DNA of 64,000 nucleotides from Cycas panzhihuaensis (Eukaryota; Plantae; Cycadophyta), in contig CM041465.1 in the NCBI GenBank assembly GCA_023213395.1, positions 119,233,741 to 119,297,740 on the forward strand, read 5' to 3'. Positions 1 through 16,239 of the stretch are shown one piece after another (within the stretch, counting starts at the first letter, position 1; every line of letters begins with the position of its first letter). The notes under the pieces are model-generated. The model saw only the letters and a program-made list of their open reading frames with translations, had not been told where the DNA came from and made no database searches. Position numbers and translations under genes: made by a program.

Positions 1-951
1 CTTGTTTTTAATAAGAGTGATAATAGAAGAACGTTAAAATAGATAACAACCAATTTAATAGATTTTTAATAATATCCTTAATAATAATAATAAACTATAT
101 AAACTAACTCTTTATTATAAGAGAACATTACACCTTTTTATTAATGTGATAACATTAATTCTAACATAATTAAACTAAGTAGAATATATTATTATACCAT
201 TGCAATGTATTTCTTCTATAAATCAAATAAAATTAGCCCTATGATTGCATATGAAGACATTTTTTATTTTGTCATATCACTCTATTTTGGATGGTTAGGA
301 ATATAAAATTTGTTTTGTGTCTTATTAGTTGATGTTATAAATAATCCTTGTAAGGGCTAGCAAGTTTGACCACTTATAGGGGGTTGTAATATCATATTTT
401 TATTTATTCTTTATCATTTTCCTTTCTTATTTCTTGATTTAATTTCCTTACTTTGCCTCTAATATACTTTCTAGCTAATAGTTTTATTTATTAGGCAAGC
501 ACATTTGTTGTTTAGGAAGCATTAATCATTAAGCTATTAGGTACTTATAACATTGAGATAATCTTGTGATATAAAATTAATTGTTATATACTGTTATTTC
601 ATTATGCTCTCTTTTGTTTCTTCTTTTCTTTATGTTATGAAAATTCTCACTTAAACTTTGTTACAACATACTTTTGCTTTGTATATATGTATATTACTAT
701 CTCTCATAAGTAAATAAAGATATAATAAGGTTAAACAGTATACAAGTTTCCACTTATCTTGGTGTTTAATTTTAGAACATGAGTAGATTAAAGCTTACAT
801 TAATCCATCCTTTAAGGGGCACCAAAATAAAGAGGTAATAGTAATCAAGTTTAAGAATGTTATCTTCCACGTTGAACTTCTATGGCTACAAGTTCTTATA
901 ATATGTAACTTGTAATTTCTTCTCAAAAGGGAGATTATTTGGACATGTAGG

Positions 952-1600
952 ATGGAGAGGCCACTAATGTTGGTGCTTGGGTTTGACCCTTCAGAGAGAG
1001 GTGATGTGGTAGATAGCTACATTAGGGTGGAGTCCCTTTATATAGGAATGGTCCCATGTATAATTAGAGAAGAACTTAATGGAGTCTTCTTTAATCTATT
1101 GGAATTCTTTGAAGGAGCCATGGGCCCTAACCTTAATGATACGAGGCTCATTGATGATCAAAAGATTGATGCCAATGGTGTTGTTGATGAGTACAATATT
1201 GCCCTATTAAAAATGAAGAAGGGCAAGATTGATTGGTAGAGAAGTTGTAAGGGGATTCTAACCTTCAAAAGTTAAAGGAGAGGTCAGATGGATATACTTG
1301 GCAAAGCCAAGCTTATGGTGGTTAGGTAGGAGGTTTAGAGAGGAACTAGTAAGATGTTTAAGAATAGCCTCATCATTTTCAAAATGATTGAGATTATAAA
1401 TGACTTAACTAATCATATGCAGATCTTTAGTCTCATTTCCTTTATTAGCGTTAAGCCTCTCTACTTAGAAGTACTAGTTAAAACTAAGAGATATGAAAGC
1501 AAGTTTAGACTCATCCTCCTCTCAAAGGGCATTGACTAAATAGATTTGTTATTATTGGGATTTATGGCAATAGTAAACTATCTCGACATCTTCCTTATGA
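952..1600 (+). mobile_element. Heavily decayed retroelement (gag-like) remnant
   Basis: Purine-rich broken ORFs (952-1239, 1354-1539) downstream of a PPT-like/LTR-like start (aggggg t TGTAAT at ~378-392). No diagnostic motif is intact. Confidence 0.25.
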
Positions 1601-4208
1601 ATAAACTAAGGCTCACTTAAGAGTGAGGAGCAAACAACCTCCACCTGATTAATCTAAGGCCTACCTAATAACATGTTATACTCTAGGTCAAGATCAATGA
1701 CGAAAAAGTTAGTGATAATAATTTTACCTTAAAGGGTGAGGGGAAGTAAAACCTTATGTATAGGAATGGTTTGAGTTATACCAAATACTTAGCATACCTA
1801 ATTTATAGGTTTTAAGACAAGAATGTTAAGGGGCTCAAGGAGGTGAAGGGGAATAGCATTGGTGGTAACACCCTCATCAATGATATATTTTTTAATAGTC
1901 CATTTCCTACTCATGATATAAATGGAAAATGGGAAAATATTTTAGTAATTATGACACTTGTTAAGTTGGGATGGATTAATAGTAATAAGGTTTCTAGTAG
2001 AATCAAATTTCTTAACATCAAGGATATTAAGTAAAATTTGCTTTTGCTTAAGATAGTTCTTGAGTAGGTATAATATGGAAATACCCACAAACATAGGCTT
2101 GAGCTCTTATATGATGAGAAAAACCTTTATCTTAGTGATCTACAAGAGGTCACAATAAAAAATTATCTTAACTAGGATGAAGAGGAATCTTTGGAACCTC
2201 CTTAATTAGCTTAAACAAGGATCTAACTTTTAAATTCTTGGACTTTTGGGTGTTCATAGTAAAGATATTGGCCATCCCCACCATGTTGATGGTCTTTGCT
2301 TAAGAGTCTTGATCATCTTTGGGAGGCAATCTTTTAATAGGACTATAAGCCTCTTTATTTTCATACTTAGAGGTGGTTGATACACTCATCCTTAGTAGAA
2401 CATTTCCCTTTGTGGTTAGCTTGATGGTCAGGGAAATGATTGGTATGAATTAATAGGTTCTTTTTTTATCATGCCAACTACTAGTTATGTGAGAGGCAAG
2501 TCCTGCCAATCTACTTAAGCTTATTATATTTAGAGTAATCATGAGCATTAGTTTGGTGGTATGTGCACCAAAGGCCCTTCTTAATGGGAGGTAGAGGATG
2601 GAGATTTGTCTCTTACTCAATATTCTAATCTATAAAGTAAATAACATTAGGATCTTAAAGTGGCTTTAGAGTGGTAGTCAAGATCTTAGTCATAATCAAT
2701 TATTCTAGGGCTTGTAGGGTATAAGTGAGCTAATCATAGGTCTTATCACCATGGTTAGGCTTAAGATCTTAAGTGGGATCATGTTTGGGATTAGAAGTGG
2801 ATTTGCTAAGCTTTTTAACCATAACTTAGATCTTATAATTAGTGAGGGTGTAGGGTATCTCATTTAACCTAACACTAGACCTATGGCAAGAGATCTAGAT
2901 CAAAGAGGAGAGTCAAGAAACTTCATCTCATGGGCAATCATGTATCTCTATGGATACAAGTATAGATATAAGGGATGACCTAGAATAGATGAAGAGGAGA
3001 GTGTGTACAAATGGTCAGAAAAATAGGAGAGAAAAAGATAAGTTAAGTTATGCTTCTAATCAATAACACTACTAATCTAAGTGTATAGATAAGTAAGTGA
3101 CCAAAGCATAAAAGAAGGAAGCAAAACTAGCTAAACAAAACCTTCTTGAAAGGAAAAAACACCCAAGAAAAGGTTCAAGAAACTAGGAAGGCCACTAAAA
3201 TGTAAATACCCCAATTAGAAATGAGTCCTTAGGAACCTATCTTGAGAACTATTACCCTCTATAAGAGACTGGTCTCTACCTATCCATCCCTCTAAATGTC
3301 ACTACATATCAACTCAATCTAAAGAATATAGAAGGACTAATTACAAGAGAGATGAAAAAGGAATTAGACCTTAGATTAAGAACCCACTCATATGCCAGTC
3401 AATGGGGACTCACTTACCTAATAATAACTTATTTGTAAGTGTGAGAGATCTAGGATACCTATATCTAATTCTAATAATTCTTAATCTTTAAGAGGTAAAA
3501 GAAGATAGAAGAAACTTCTCTCAAAAGGATGAATGGTGTCTATTTGATTCTTCCAACCATACATGGTTAAGATAATTACCCACCACTAAACTATTCACAA
3601 TAAGGTGAAGTCCAACCTAACCTTAACTATAAGGATGTCTATATCTACTAGTGATAAAATTTAATTAGAGATCTAAGTAATCTCTCATTTACCATAAGTA
3701 AAGACCTTACTATAAAGAAGACTATAAAGAGCGAATACCCTAATGCAACTATATGATTATCCAATTAAATACACGACATATTAAACTACTTCAAATGCAT
3801 AAACCTATGACTTCAAGGGTTTAAGGACTTAAAATAAATACAAAATATCCTACTTTATATAGGTAGCCCTATCAAGCATGACTTTAAAGAAAGACCTTCT
3901 TTTTTCACTTTCTCTTTGGTGATCTAATTAAAATCTATAACAAAGAATAAGTGGGGACAACAAGCTAACAAGTGAATAAGTAGTCATAAGAGCAAGCAAT
4001 CCACATTTTCTTTCTTACTTTTTGGAATCATAAGAGAGAGAGAGAGAGAGAGGATAGATCTTATTCTTTTCTTTTGAAATAAAATAATAATAATAATAAA
4101 TATTTTTCCCCTTTTAATTTGATAAGATTAAAGGTATATAAAATTGATAGAAAAAGAGCAAAGGAGCATCCTTATTAGTATACTTTCTAGTCTTAAATTT
4201 CTATTATA

Positions 4209-4745
<537 letters not shown>

Positions 4746-5077
4746 GTGGCATTAAAGCTAAGTTTATTAGAGTCTTAGTTTGAGATTATTTTGATGTTGG
4801 TTAGGCTATAAGACTATGAGTGTATCCACCTATTAATGTGTTGATTTAAAACTTATTTTATGTATACTTATTTATGATTAATAAGGGGTAGTTTGTTTAT
4901 CAAGTGGATATTTGTTACAAGTTATAGAAGGTTTAAAACCACAGTTTTGTAGGGTGCTTAGAGCATGTTGGTGCTTAATTATGAAAGTCCAACTAGGATC
5001 ATTAGTGTTGTAATTATTTTTAATTCCATAGAGGTTTGTTCATGTTTTAATTTATTTTAAGGACTATATGCATACAT

Positions 5078-5123
<46 letters not shown>

Positions 5124-5138
5124 TTCTAGTGTATATAC

Positions 5139-7278
5139 TATTAACAAATTCCTTACCGTAGAACTTAGTGTCACGGCTTAGGGCCAATCACCTTGAGTGA
5201 GTCTATGAGAAGGTAAACTAATGGTGATAGGTCTCAAGGGATAACCATTTCAACTAAACTTTAAGAAGAGGTATTGTCTACTTATGGAGTTGATCAAAGG
5301 GAAGGAACTAAACTAGTTTAAGTTTTGAAATAGTTTGCATGTATATGAGAGAAATAAATCTATAACTAAATAAACTAAATAATAGAAATCAATAATAAAC
5401 TAAGCCTATATACAAATCTAGTATGAAATATTAGTTTGAGTGAATATAACAAAGAACAGAAATGCAATCAACCAAATCGTGTGAGATGTTAATGCAATTC
5501 CTTCCTTTTTTTTCCTTTTTGTGTTTCTTGAATGACTTGAAATAAAAAGAAAACAACCAAGAATAAGTGATAAAGGAATTATAAGAACTTGAATTACACT
5601 TATGATTATCATTTTGACCACTCTTTTATTTTCTTTTTCAAATCTCTTGGATTTATTTAATAGGAAATGAAAGAATGAAAGAAGTAAGCAATTACATAAT
5701 CACAAGCTCTTAGTTTTAAATCTACTCAATAATTTCTTAACAATCATTTCTTTTTATATGTGCAAGTAAGAGGGAAGAGTCAAATAAAGCAATCAAGCAA
5801 TACAAGAAACATACCATTTCATTTTATTTTCTTCTTCTCTGTTTGCTTACTTATGGAACTTGAAAACTAAAGAAAAGAGATTGCAGGTATTAAGACAAGA
5901 GATGAATACGTCATGATATAGCTTAAGAATAATCGCTTTACTTTCTCTAATTATTCCTCACTTTAAAATGTTTCTTATTCATGAAAGATAAAATAACATT
6001 AATATTACAATAATTCTTCTAAGGAAAAAGGTTTTAAATAAAACTTAACAAACTTATCAAGATTCAAATAATAAATATATTGCGCCAAAATGAAATTTTT
6101 ATGAGAGAGACAACTAGTTTAAGTCACCTACAACTTTATGGAAGAGAGTTGAGATGCTTACCTAGCTTAAAGATCCTTTCCTACTTATCACTCACCTCCT
6201 CTTAAGAGTTTGGCTTGATTTATTTTAATTCTCTTTGGGGCCAATCTCATTAAGAGTTGTGAAGACTATTCTCATTTGTATGAATTATCTTCTCATTAGG
6301 ACTTGTCTTCTTATACACTAATTTCTAAAGCTAATAACTAATTCATACAAAGTTATTTCTAGTTTGAGAGAAATGAGTGGGGTATACCTCAAATTGATAC
6401 TTCACTTCTACTCAACATATTACCACCAAGCCCCAATATCATGAGAATGACAAGTTTGATAATAAGTAATGTTGAAGTAGAGCATGATATAGATAAGAAA
6501 CCAATAGGAACTACAAGAAGATGATCTCAATAGGTGAGTGAGAAGTTGAGCCTAAGAACTAGATAATAACTAATTTGAAAGTGGTCCTCTAATCTGTCTA
6601 GTAGAATCAATAATTTTTTAAGAAGAACGGTCTTCAATCAACTTTTAAACAATAAAATAGTACTAATAATGGCTAGTGAAAATTTGGTAGCATTTTATTA
6701 CCAAAAAAACACTCTCTCAAGCTCTAAAAATACACAAGGATTTATATAGATTGAAAGGGAGAAAGATGGGAAAGGATACCATGGTTTTTTCCCATAGTTT
6801 TGATGGCTCCTAATAACTAAATCTCTAAATTGAGGAAGGTGATAATTATAAGGAAATTAGGTTAGGTAAGGTGATGCCAAACTTTGAGTTTGAGTGGTCA
6901 CCATTGAGAACATCATGAAAAATTAGCATTCTATGTTAAAGTTTTAGTTATGATAATAAAAAATATGGTCTTATATTAAAAATATGATCATTATATCTTA
7001 TTCATAAGATCACATTTTTAACATTGTCAAAAATGTAAAAAAATAAAAAGTGATAAAATCCAAGAAATAAGAAATAGTTTTGACAAAAATAACTTACTAA
7101 GGCATCCAAAATTAGAAAGCACGTTGATAAGGGTTGAATTACTATAAGCCAAGGCCAAAAAGTAACTATAACAAGGTTAAAAATGATCAAATCATAAGAT
7201 CATACTAAGTAAAAAGTTAAATAAAGAAGGGAAAACTTAGAGCAAGATGGAAATTATGCTAAATAGAAGTGTTATAAC
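5139..7278. mobile_element. Probable long Gypsy-type LTR / LTR-derived sequence
   Basis: Non-coding block interrupting family-X internal sequence, bounded by TA(TG)...CA. Shares short motifs (cccatagttttga) with 16400-17160. Boundaries uncertain, no TSD. Confidence 0.3.
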
Positions 7279-7694
7279 ACATCATAGTGTCAGTTATTGA
7301 CAAAAAATATCATCATCATTATATATAAACAATCACCTAATCGATATTCCATAGCCTAAAATCATATAATGAGTGGCCAAACATGTCTAAATTAGAGACT
7401 AAAGCATGAGATGATCAACCAAAATCAAACCACTAATAACTCATGCTATCTAAGAGATATTCATTATATAAGTATAAGAGATAACCATTTAATGGCTTAA
7501 GATAACCAACTCAAATATAAATCTAATCATAGCAAAAGGACCAATTATGATGAAATAGAACTAAAACTATAACTATAATACTAATTATTAGAAGATGGTA
7601 CATGTAAAACATACCTTAATACCAATTGGTAAAAAAAAAAATCTATAAATACAGGTCACACAGGACCTAAGATCACACAAGATTATGAGATTAT

Positions 7695-10600
7695 TGAAAG
7701 AGGTTAATGTATCAAGATTATTTATGTAGATTAATTAAGTGACCTTAGGATATATTGTTAACATTAATCTCTTAGTGAAATGTACTTTATGTGCATTTAG
7801 ATATAATTTCATATTCATGTCATTAGGTGGAGAAATCCTAACTCTAATGGTTACCCTTAATAATAAAAGGTGAAATCTCAGGAGGGAGTCATTATTCATT
7901 CTCACCTCCAAGCTTGCTCTTATATCTTATTTCATCTCTCTTTTATTCTCCATTGACATTGTATGCATGTGAGTGATTTATTCCCTAGATCCATCATTCC
8001 TTCATATGGTAACAAAATTAAAAGGGGATCTATTCACTCCATTCCACTTGCATAGAGTCATTTTGCCTCTCCTTCACCTTCAATATTAAGTATTGGGAGT
8101 GCACTCATTATTTTTAAAATTTTGAGAGCTTAAAATTATATTACTTTGTATGTTGATACTTTCTCTATGTGTGCAAAATTTTAGAGGTGAAAAATTCAGA
8201 TTTTTGAAGCCATTTAGTTTCCAGAATAGCCCCAAAAGCATTAAAGATCTAAAATTTTATGAAAAAATTTGACCATATCAGATTTTGATGAAATTTGGCA
8301 TATAGGGTTACCTTTCTAAGAGGATTATTTTTTTCTTCTAGATTAGCTTTATATTTAGCCTAAAATAGTGAGTTTTAGTTGAAATACAAAGTTAAAATTT
8401 ATAGATAAGTGACTTAAGCCACTTTTCACAATGAAATCCTTTAAATATGAGCTAAAAATCTGAAAGTTTTTTTTTAGGGATCTAATAGATTTATGTCTTA
8501 GGATAATTTTAAGATAAATCTCATCAAATTTTATCCACTAGTTAATGAGATCTTTGCAGTTTTCTCACTGATACTAAATTTACCTACTCAACCCCACAAA
8601 AGATATTGTGAGGGTGTTTAAGTAGATTTTTAGATGATTTTGGAGATGGTGTAGAAATAAAAGTTGGTGTATATATCAAGATGTAACTTTTGATATATTG
8701 AAGTTCAGATTTTTAAATAGTGGATTTGGCAAGATTCTACTTTTATGCTTTTTTTAAGTAAAACATTTTTATGCCTTTTTAAAAATCAGACTTCACTACC
8801 TTATTAGAAATGACATTCTAAATACTTTTTTCTTCTAACATAAATTCAAATTCCATCATTTAGGCCTTCATATTTGTAATTTTTAGAAAATTTTACCCAT
8901 TTATTATTATTTATAAATTTTATGAAAAAGTCACAAAATAGGACAAAATAGCATGCATATAGATTTAGAAAAATCAGTATTTTAGTGTCAAGTTAATATA
9001 CTTTTTTATCCCTTTATGTATTTTATATTAAAATTTCTAAAAACATATTTTGAAACATTATACTAAAGCAAGGGAAACCTTAGATCGGAAGCAACATCTG
9101 ATTCCCCTACTAAATCTAGCATGTTTTCTCTATTTATACACGTAGCATAAATCATCACATAAAGTAATAGCAATAACAAAGCAAGCATGAAAAGTAAGCA
9201 AGCACATTTGGTGATTTTCTATTTCAGTTTTTAGTTATTTTGAAATAATTTACATTATTCCTAAAATGAATCTCATCCATACAATATATACAGCTAGTTC
9301 TTGACTTATGTGCACACTCGCCTTAGTTGAAATAAACCATGGTTAGCTGAAGTTTAGGCCCTAAGAGAAGTGTAAGTTTCATATTGGGTCTAGTCTTAAT
9401 CAAAATAGTGGTGTAGAGATAGGTTAGCCATACCTACGGCCTCCAATAAGGGATAATCCCGATAACCACCCAAGAAAACTGAAAACTTTAATGTAAGATT
9501 AAAATTAACCCAATCTAATATATATCATAATCATGGGATATGCACGTATCATTTGACTCTTCAGAGAAGGTATATAACTACTCACTAGTAAACTAGGTAA
9601 GGATTGGTAGTACTTGGGTTCCACTGTGACTTAGATTTCATCACCAAGTATAGGTGCAGGTATCATAGGTGAAGACTCTAATCATATATTAAAAGCCTTA
9701 GGCATTGAAACCTCACTATATTTGGACATAAGTTAGAGGTTAGTGGCATGACACATCACCACTCTTTGCCAGCTCTACATTAGGCCCCATTCTTGCATCA
9801 TTGTTTATACTCATTTTTTATAGTTATTAAAAAATACTTAATCATTGCTTACTTCTTATCATAGCATTCATTTCTATAACACTACTATTCCAGTTGTACT
9901 AGTTACACATGTCAGTGGCACATACTTCTATCATCTCTTCTACTTCTTCATCATCACCATGTCATCTTAATTCAAGTAGAATGTCAACTGCATATTAAAA
10001 GGTAAAGAAAATTGGGATTTATGGTATACTAGAGTTAAAAATATTACAAAGTATAAAGGCCTTTGGAGAGCCCACTTACAACCTACACCAATCATACCTA
10101 CAACAACTATAACACCTACTTTTGGTGGATTTGCCTTAACAACTCCTACAAATGCAGCAGTCAAACTACAATTAGAGATAGATGATGAAAAGATCCATAC
10201 AAAAATTATGTTGATTACTAATCACTCCTTGCACAACTTGATTAATAAAGAGCAATATGATATAGCCTGGAAGGCCCTTAAAGTTTTCAAGAACTTTGAT
10301 ACCAAGTCAGATTTAGAATTTGTTCATCTTATTCTGAAAATAAATAAATTAAAAATACAGAAGGGATAAGCTTATGAGATAATAAATCTCTTTCAACTAA
10401 TAAAATAGGTAGTTGATAGATTTTAAGACCTAATGTATCACTTGGGCATTCTTGATCCAATTATGTCTACATATCCATAATTATAAAAACTTACTTGAAA
10501 GTCTTCAATCTAGTAGAACATTAAAGACACTCAACTTCAAAGCACTTACCAAGAAGTTCATAGAATTTGACAAGACCTTTGATACTAACTTTATAGCCTC

Positions 10601-11600
10601 TAACTCTCTTCTAGATGTAGCCTTTGAGGTGTAAGAATAATCTTGCTATACAAACAATTAAGGTCCCTCTTATGGCAGAGGAAGCAACCGAATAAGATAA
10701 AGAGGAAGAAATATGGAAAATTATCCACAAGGTCAACCAAACCCTTAGTCACAGCCTTGGCAGTCTCAAGGTCAAGGGCCACCTCAACGAAGAGTAAGAT
10801 AGTCAGGCCAAACCATTACCTCTTCATGGATTGGTAATCAAACTATTATATGTGATTAGTATAATTGTAAAGGACACTTTATAAAAGATTATAGAACCAC
10901 CACTTGTAAGTTGGCCAAGTTCCAACCAAAACATGGAGCTCACAATGTTGAAGAAACTTGTGAAGAATCCTTTAGTAGTGTAGGTTTTGTATAAGCACAC
11001 TTTCAAAGAAATGATGGATCTTTAGTATCAAATACCATTGACCAACCAAAGAGATACTTTAAAGCTCGATGTGGATATATCACTTGTGAATCCTTTTTAC
11101 TAATGCCAAGCCCTATTAGAATTGTAAATAGTGTGGATTTAATTCATGGATAGTGGATCATGGACATAGGAGCAACTCAACATATGACGTATAATTGCAT
11201 TATATATCAAACATTTGACTCAAATATTCAAGAAGTTATTCACATAGTTGATAAATCGTAACAACCTATTTAAAGAATTGGTAACATTCACCTGAAACTC
11301 CCAGGCTTAAGAGATTTTACATTGCTTGATGTCTTATACATATCCATTCTCAAACAAAACCTACTCTCATTATCTACACTTGTCTCTCATGGATTTAATC
11401 TAAGTGTAACTACAAATGACTAGACTCTCTAGGTCATTTACCCTCTAATTGATTGAGTGGTCTTGACTAGACATCTCTTTGGCAAACGCTTTCAACTAAA
11501 TGGCTCTCCATCTTCTAAAGCCCATTGCACATAAAGCTATTGTGCTGATGAAGAATTTGCATTTAACTCCATCTTAACCCACCCAACATTATCACCAAAA
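7695..11600 (+). mobile_element. Ty1/Copia element, 5' half (LTR, long leader, gag, protease), 3' truncated
   Basis: LTR 7695-8004 (TG...CA) closely similar to 31399-31710 and 34885-35196. Degenerate PBS at 8007. Leader 8020-9390 is collinear with 31968-33415. Decayed gag zinc knuckle at ~10850-10900 and protease motif WIMDIGATQHMT at ~11155. Confidence 0.85.
9959..11430 (+). pseudogene. Copia gag-protease remnant (many stops and frameshifts)
   Basis: CCHC-like remnants; W-x-x-D-x-G-A-T-x-H-M-T protease motif; downstream DVLY...KQNLLSLS motif typical of Copia. Confidence 0.8.
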
Positions 11601-11605
11601 GCTCT

Positions 11606-14124
11606 TATATAAAGAATAAATAATAAACATAAATATACATATATATAATACAACATATTTATAGTATGTTATACCACCTAATTATCTAATCATATTCTAA
11701 GAGTCACTTAGTCAACCAATGACTAATTACAATGAAAAAGTGTGTATACTATAATTCCCTAGTGTATATTAAACAGATAATCATATTTATTTATATCAAT
11801 TAAATATTTTTGTATATTAACATTACTCAACATCCCCCACCCCCTAATCGTAAACCATATAATATAACTACTTTGAATCTTGATGTTAAGTCTATATAAA
11901 AGTTAAACATCTATTAGAACATATGGATAACTAGTCATTATACATATTAATCCTCTAGAATGGCCTTCTTGTAGATGGTTTACTAATATTTGCCTGCTAT
12001 GCAACCTTTATTTCTGCCCATTCTGCTTATTTCAAGCTCTCCTAATTATGGATGCACCTCTAAGAGATAAAGTAAGCTAAAAACCCTCAGCCCAATCCAC
12101 TACACTATGGAACAAACATGGAAAAATGGTTATTTAAGTAGAATCATGTGACAAAATACCTCTTTCTCTAAGTACAAGCTCTATTTTAATACCCTATCAA
12201 ATCAATATTTAAACTTTACACCACCTTGAAAAATTCTCAAAGTGTCTTGTATGATCACTTTTTGGAAAGCTCCATGAGTTAGCTTTACAACACAACTAAT
12301 AATACTCAATTTTAATGCTATATAAGAGAGTTAAAACTATGTTTGTGAGAATAAATATACTTTGGTAAAAAAAGATCAAAAAAATAAAAAAACACCTTTT
12401 TAAGTTACTCCCCTAGTTACTTTAAAACACCTATACTACTAGTCTAGGGGCTAAGTGGACTTCAAAAATATATTAAAAGTGTTTTAATATAACTTAATAA
12501 AGTTTTAGTACTTTAAATTATGAAACTTTAATTTTCCAATATTTGTTTAAGTTGTGTGACTTGTGCATGACTATGAAAGCTTTTGGAGATACCCAAGGAT
12601 AAATATTCAATAAAAGTTCAATTCAAAAGATGCATACCAAAGATTTTCAATGCTATAAATTCACTAGAAGTGTCAAAATCATAAAATACTCACTTAATAA
12701 TGAGTTTTCACCAAAGATAGGTGCCCAACCAAATGTAAAAACACCCAAACATTGTCAACCCTAGTTAATGGACTGTTGGAGCTAAACAACAACTAAATAG
12801 AGCTTAAAATCACATTTTCATGATGCCAAACATTGATGTATCCCCTACAACAAATATAAAGCTAGAATATGAGTAAAAGTGAGAAGAAAAAAGCCTAAAA
12901 TCTCATCAAAATTATATAAATCCCCATTGGTCCATTCATCTCCATGGCTCTCAAAGTAGCCTATACCCTCTACCATGACCTCAAATTTCCCCATATAACC
13001 TGTTATTACTCAAAAATAGAAGAGATCCTCCACCTATTGCTTTAACTTCTTCATCAAATGGTAACTCTCTAAATTGCTAATGAGATGGTACTATTTCCTT
13101 CTTAAACTTGCAATCCTTATTATACTCACAACACTATAAGTAGCTTTCTTCATAAAGCATAGGCTCATAATGAATTAATAAGCCCTACACCATGCCCCAA
13201 ACATACCATATTTTATCAATACAAGCCAACAAATTATGTGATACTCTTAACATTTTGCAAAACCCTCATTAATCATATTTCTATTTATGATAGAGGGTAA
13301 AATCATGGCCTACTTGTCACAACATTAGCTTCATAAGGTGAACAGGCCTATGTCCAAAGCCTCACTTTTAGACTCATATGTAACACATATATGTGTATTA
13401 GAAAAATATACAAATAACTAGTCCAAAATAAATCAAACATATGGTAAATCTTTATAGGATTTAGGATAACTATAATACTTATACTCTAGCTAGATTTTTT
13501 ATATAAGCATAAGTATACTCTAGGCTCACAAGACCAACATGCTTCCAGGTGCCCTACATAATCATTATTCAAAACCATCCATAACCTACAATATAACCTC
13601 ACCTTATAAGTAAATAAGCTACCTCCTTCACTGGTCATAAATAGTCATACTAAAAAAAGGTCAGAATAAACCCTTGATAAGTTGACACACTCATAATCTT
13701 ACAGACTAAATTAGGGTCAAAAAATAAGCTCTGATCAAAGCTCTAACCAAGGATCTAACCATGACTTTGATACCAATTTATAGAAATAAAAGTGCATAAA
13801 CACAAGTCACACAAGTCCTAGGATCATATAAAATTATGAGACTATGCCATATAGGTGAAAATAAAGAATAAACATAAATATATACATACACAATATAACA
13901 TACTTATGGAAATGGCCATGTCCAAATTATATTATTAAACCTATGTATATATATAGTATACTAAACTACCTAGCTATCGAATTACATTCTAGGAGCTACT
14001 TAGTCAACTAATGACTAGTTATAATAAAAAAATGTGTACACTATGATCTCCTAATACACATTAGAGGAATAACCAAATTGATTTACATCAATTAAATATT
14101 TTTATAAGTTAACATTACGCAACA
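11606..14124 (-). mobile_element. Non-autonomous LTR element (family X), minus strand
   Basis: 5' LTR 13779-14124 with PBS reverse complement actttgatacca (13764-13775). Partial 3' LTR ~11606-11832 followed by PPT complement tcccccaccccc. Internal 11880-12500 is the reverse complement of 15300-15790 and 36700-37330. Confidence 0.75.
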
Positions 14125-16170
14125 CATATAAGTATTACATATGAGTCTAAGAATAGTGATTTTAAAGTAGGCTTGATCACCTTATTGAAGCTAGTGATGT
14201 GGTAAGTAGGCTATTATTTCCTCTATCATGTGATAAAGTGATCGTGATTAAAGAGAAGGGTTTTACATCACGAGTTAGTGTAGAATATTATTTGGGTTAT
14301 ATGAGAGCATTGACATGTTAGGACTACAAGATGTGGAGCTTATTAATCATGATTTAAATATATTTATGTGAAGATTTTACTAGTTAATAAGTTTGTAATG
14401 AGGATTATAGGTTCATTGGGATTCTTGTTGAAGATGCATCACCTTGTTAGTAAGAGGTTGAAGTTATTTGTAGAATTAAGGTGTTGGAGCCTTGATAATG
14501 GGCCATTATGGATGGTGTTCACCATGATCATTCATCAAAACCTACTTGGCCACCATTATTCCTATGTGAATATTATTATTTGATGGTGATTACTATGTGG
14601 AAGTGAGATCTTCATTTTCTAAGCTACAATAGACTATATAATAGATCTAAGAAGTAAAAAAGAGAATTATAGGTGGCTAGCATGAGTATTAAAGTTGCAA
14701 AAATTTATTTTGAGAGTTTTTCTACTATGATGATAATTTAAAAGGGTATGAGCTATTTTTTCTTCTATGCATGACATTTATTTTATTCTATTACTATTAT
14801 TACCTATTACCTTCTATTAAAACTTAAAATAACATTAATATCTAGTGTAGTTTTAGGGTTTGGCATCTCTACTTAAGTGTTAGGCAGACTTGATAGAGGT
14901 TTACACATTGTTGAAGATGTTGAGTTCCTTCCAATGAACTAAACATGATATTAGGAATATTTTTTTATGATGCCATTCTCTTCTATAAGTCTAGATCTAC
15001 ATGTCAGGTTCTCATAGATTGAAAAAAGACTAAGAAATGAATATTTTTTATCAAACTTACCTCATGCAGCTACACATAGGTTGCACAATATATGAAGTTA
15101 AATGGAGGCCAAAGTAATTATAAATCAAATTCATAAACTTTATAAAATAAAATTAAACTACTTTGTAAAGTTTTATGAGGTTTGTGGAGACCCTATATGG
15201 TCATATGTCTTGTTTGATATAATTGGGAGCCAAATACTAAAGGGCACCTTTTTATTTTTTTTACCTTTTTCACCTAAAAGTATATATGTGATTATACAAA
15301 TAATGATATATCCTTTATACAGTGATAAAATTAAGTGTTATCAGTTGCATTATGACACTAACTCATAGGGCTTTCTAATGAGTGGTCACATGATATACTT
15401 TGAATATTTTTTTAAGTTAGTTTTAACTATATAAAGTTTAGACTTGAGTTTCACAAGATAATAAAATAGAGCTTATGCTTAGAAAAGGAATTATTTTGTC
15501 ACATGTTTTTGCTCAGATAACCATTTTGTCTTATTTAGCCTATGATGCAATGGTTGGAGTCGAGGTTTTTTAGCTTTGGTTATCTCTTTATGTGTAGGAG
15601 AGACTAAAATAGCCAAAATATGAGCAAATAAAGGTTGCTTGGTAGGTAAATATTAGTGAACCATGTATGCAAAGTCTATTATAAAGGATTAATGGGTACA
15701 ATGATTAGTTACCCATGTGCTCTAATAGATGTTTGACTTTTATATGGCCTAACATCAAATTTAAAGTAACTATATGACATGGTTAAATATTAAAGAGGGA
15801 ATGTTAGGTAATATTAAACCCATGAATTATTAAATTATTGTAAGTACGCCTTTAATATCCACTAGGGGGTCATAATATGTATACTTTTTAAAGTCATAAG
15901 TCATTGGTTGACCAAGTGGCTCTTGATATAGGATTAGATAATCATGTAGTGATATGTATTATAAATATAAATTAATTTATCATAATAAAATTTAGAAATG
16001 GTTATTTCCCATAAGTATATTTTATTATATATTTATGCATATTTGTTTCATTTATTTATTCTCTTGTATGGCTATATACTACTTTTATATTTGATATCAT
16101 AAGTATTGCATAATCCTAGGCCTATCATATTTTTCTAATAGTATCTATATATCTATATCTATATCTATTT

Positions 16171-16173
<3 letters not shown>

Positions 16174-16235
<62 letters not shown>
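16174..16235. repeat. (GA)n microsatellite
   Basis: Read directly. Confidence 0.97.

Positions 16236-16239
<4 letters not shown>

Noticed and set aside
2230-3950. Possible minus-strand Tat/Ogre gag and leader remnant
   Set aside because: Composition is suggestive, but I could not verify any motif or boundary.
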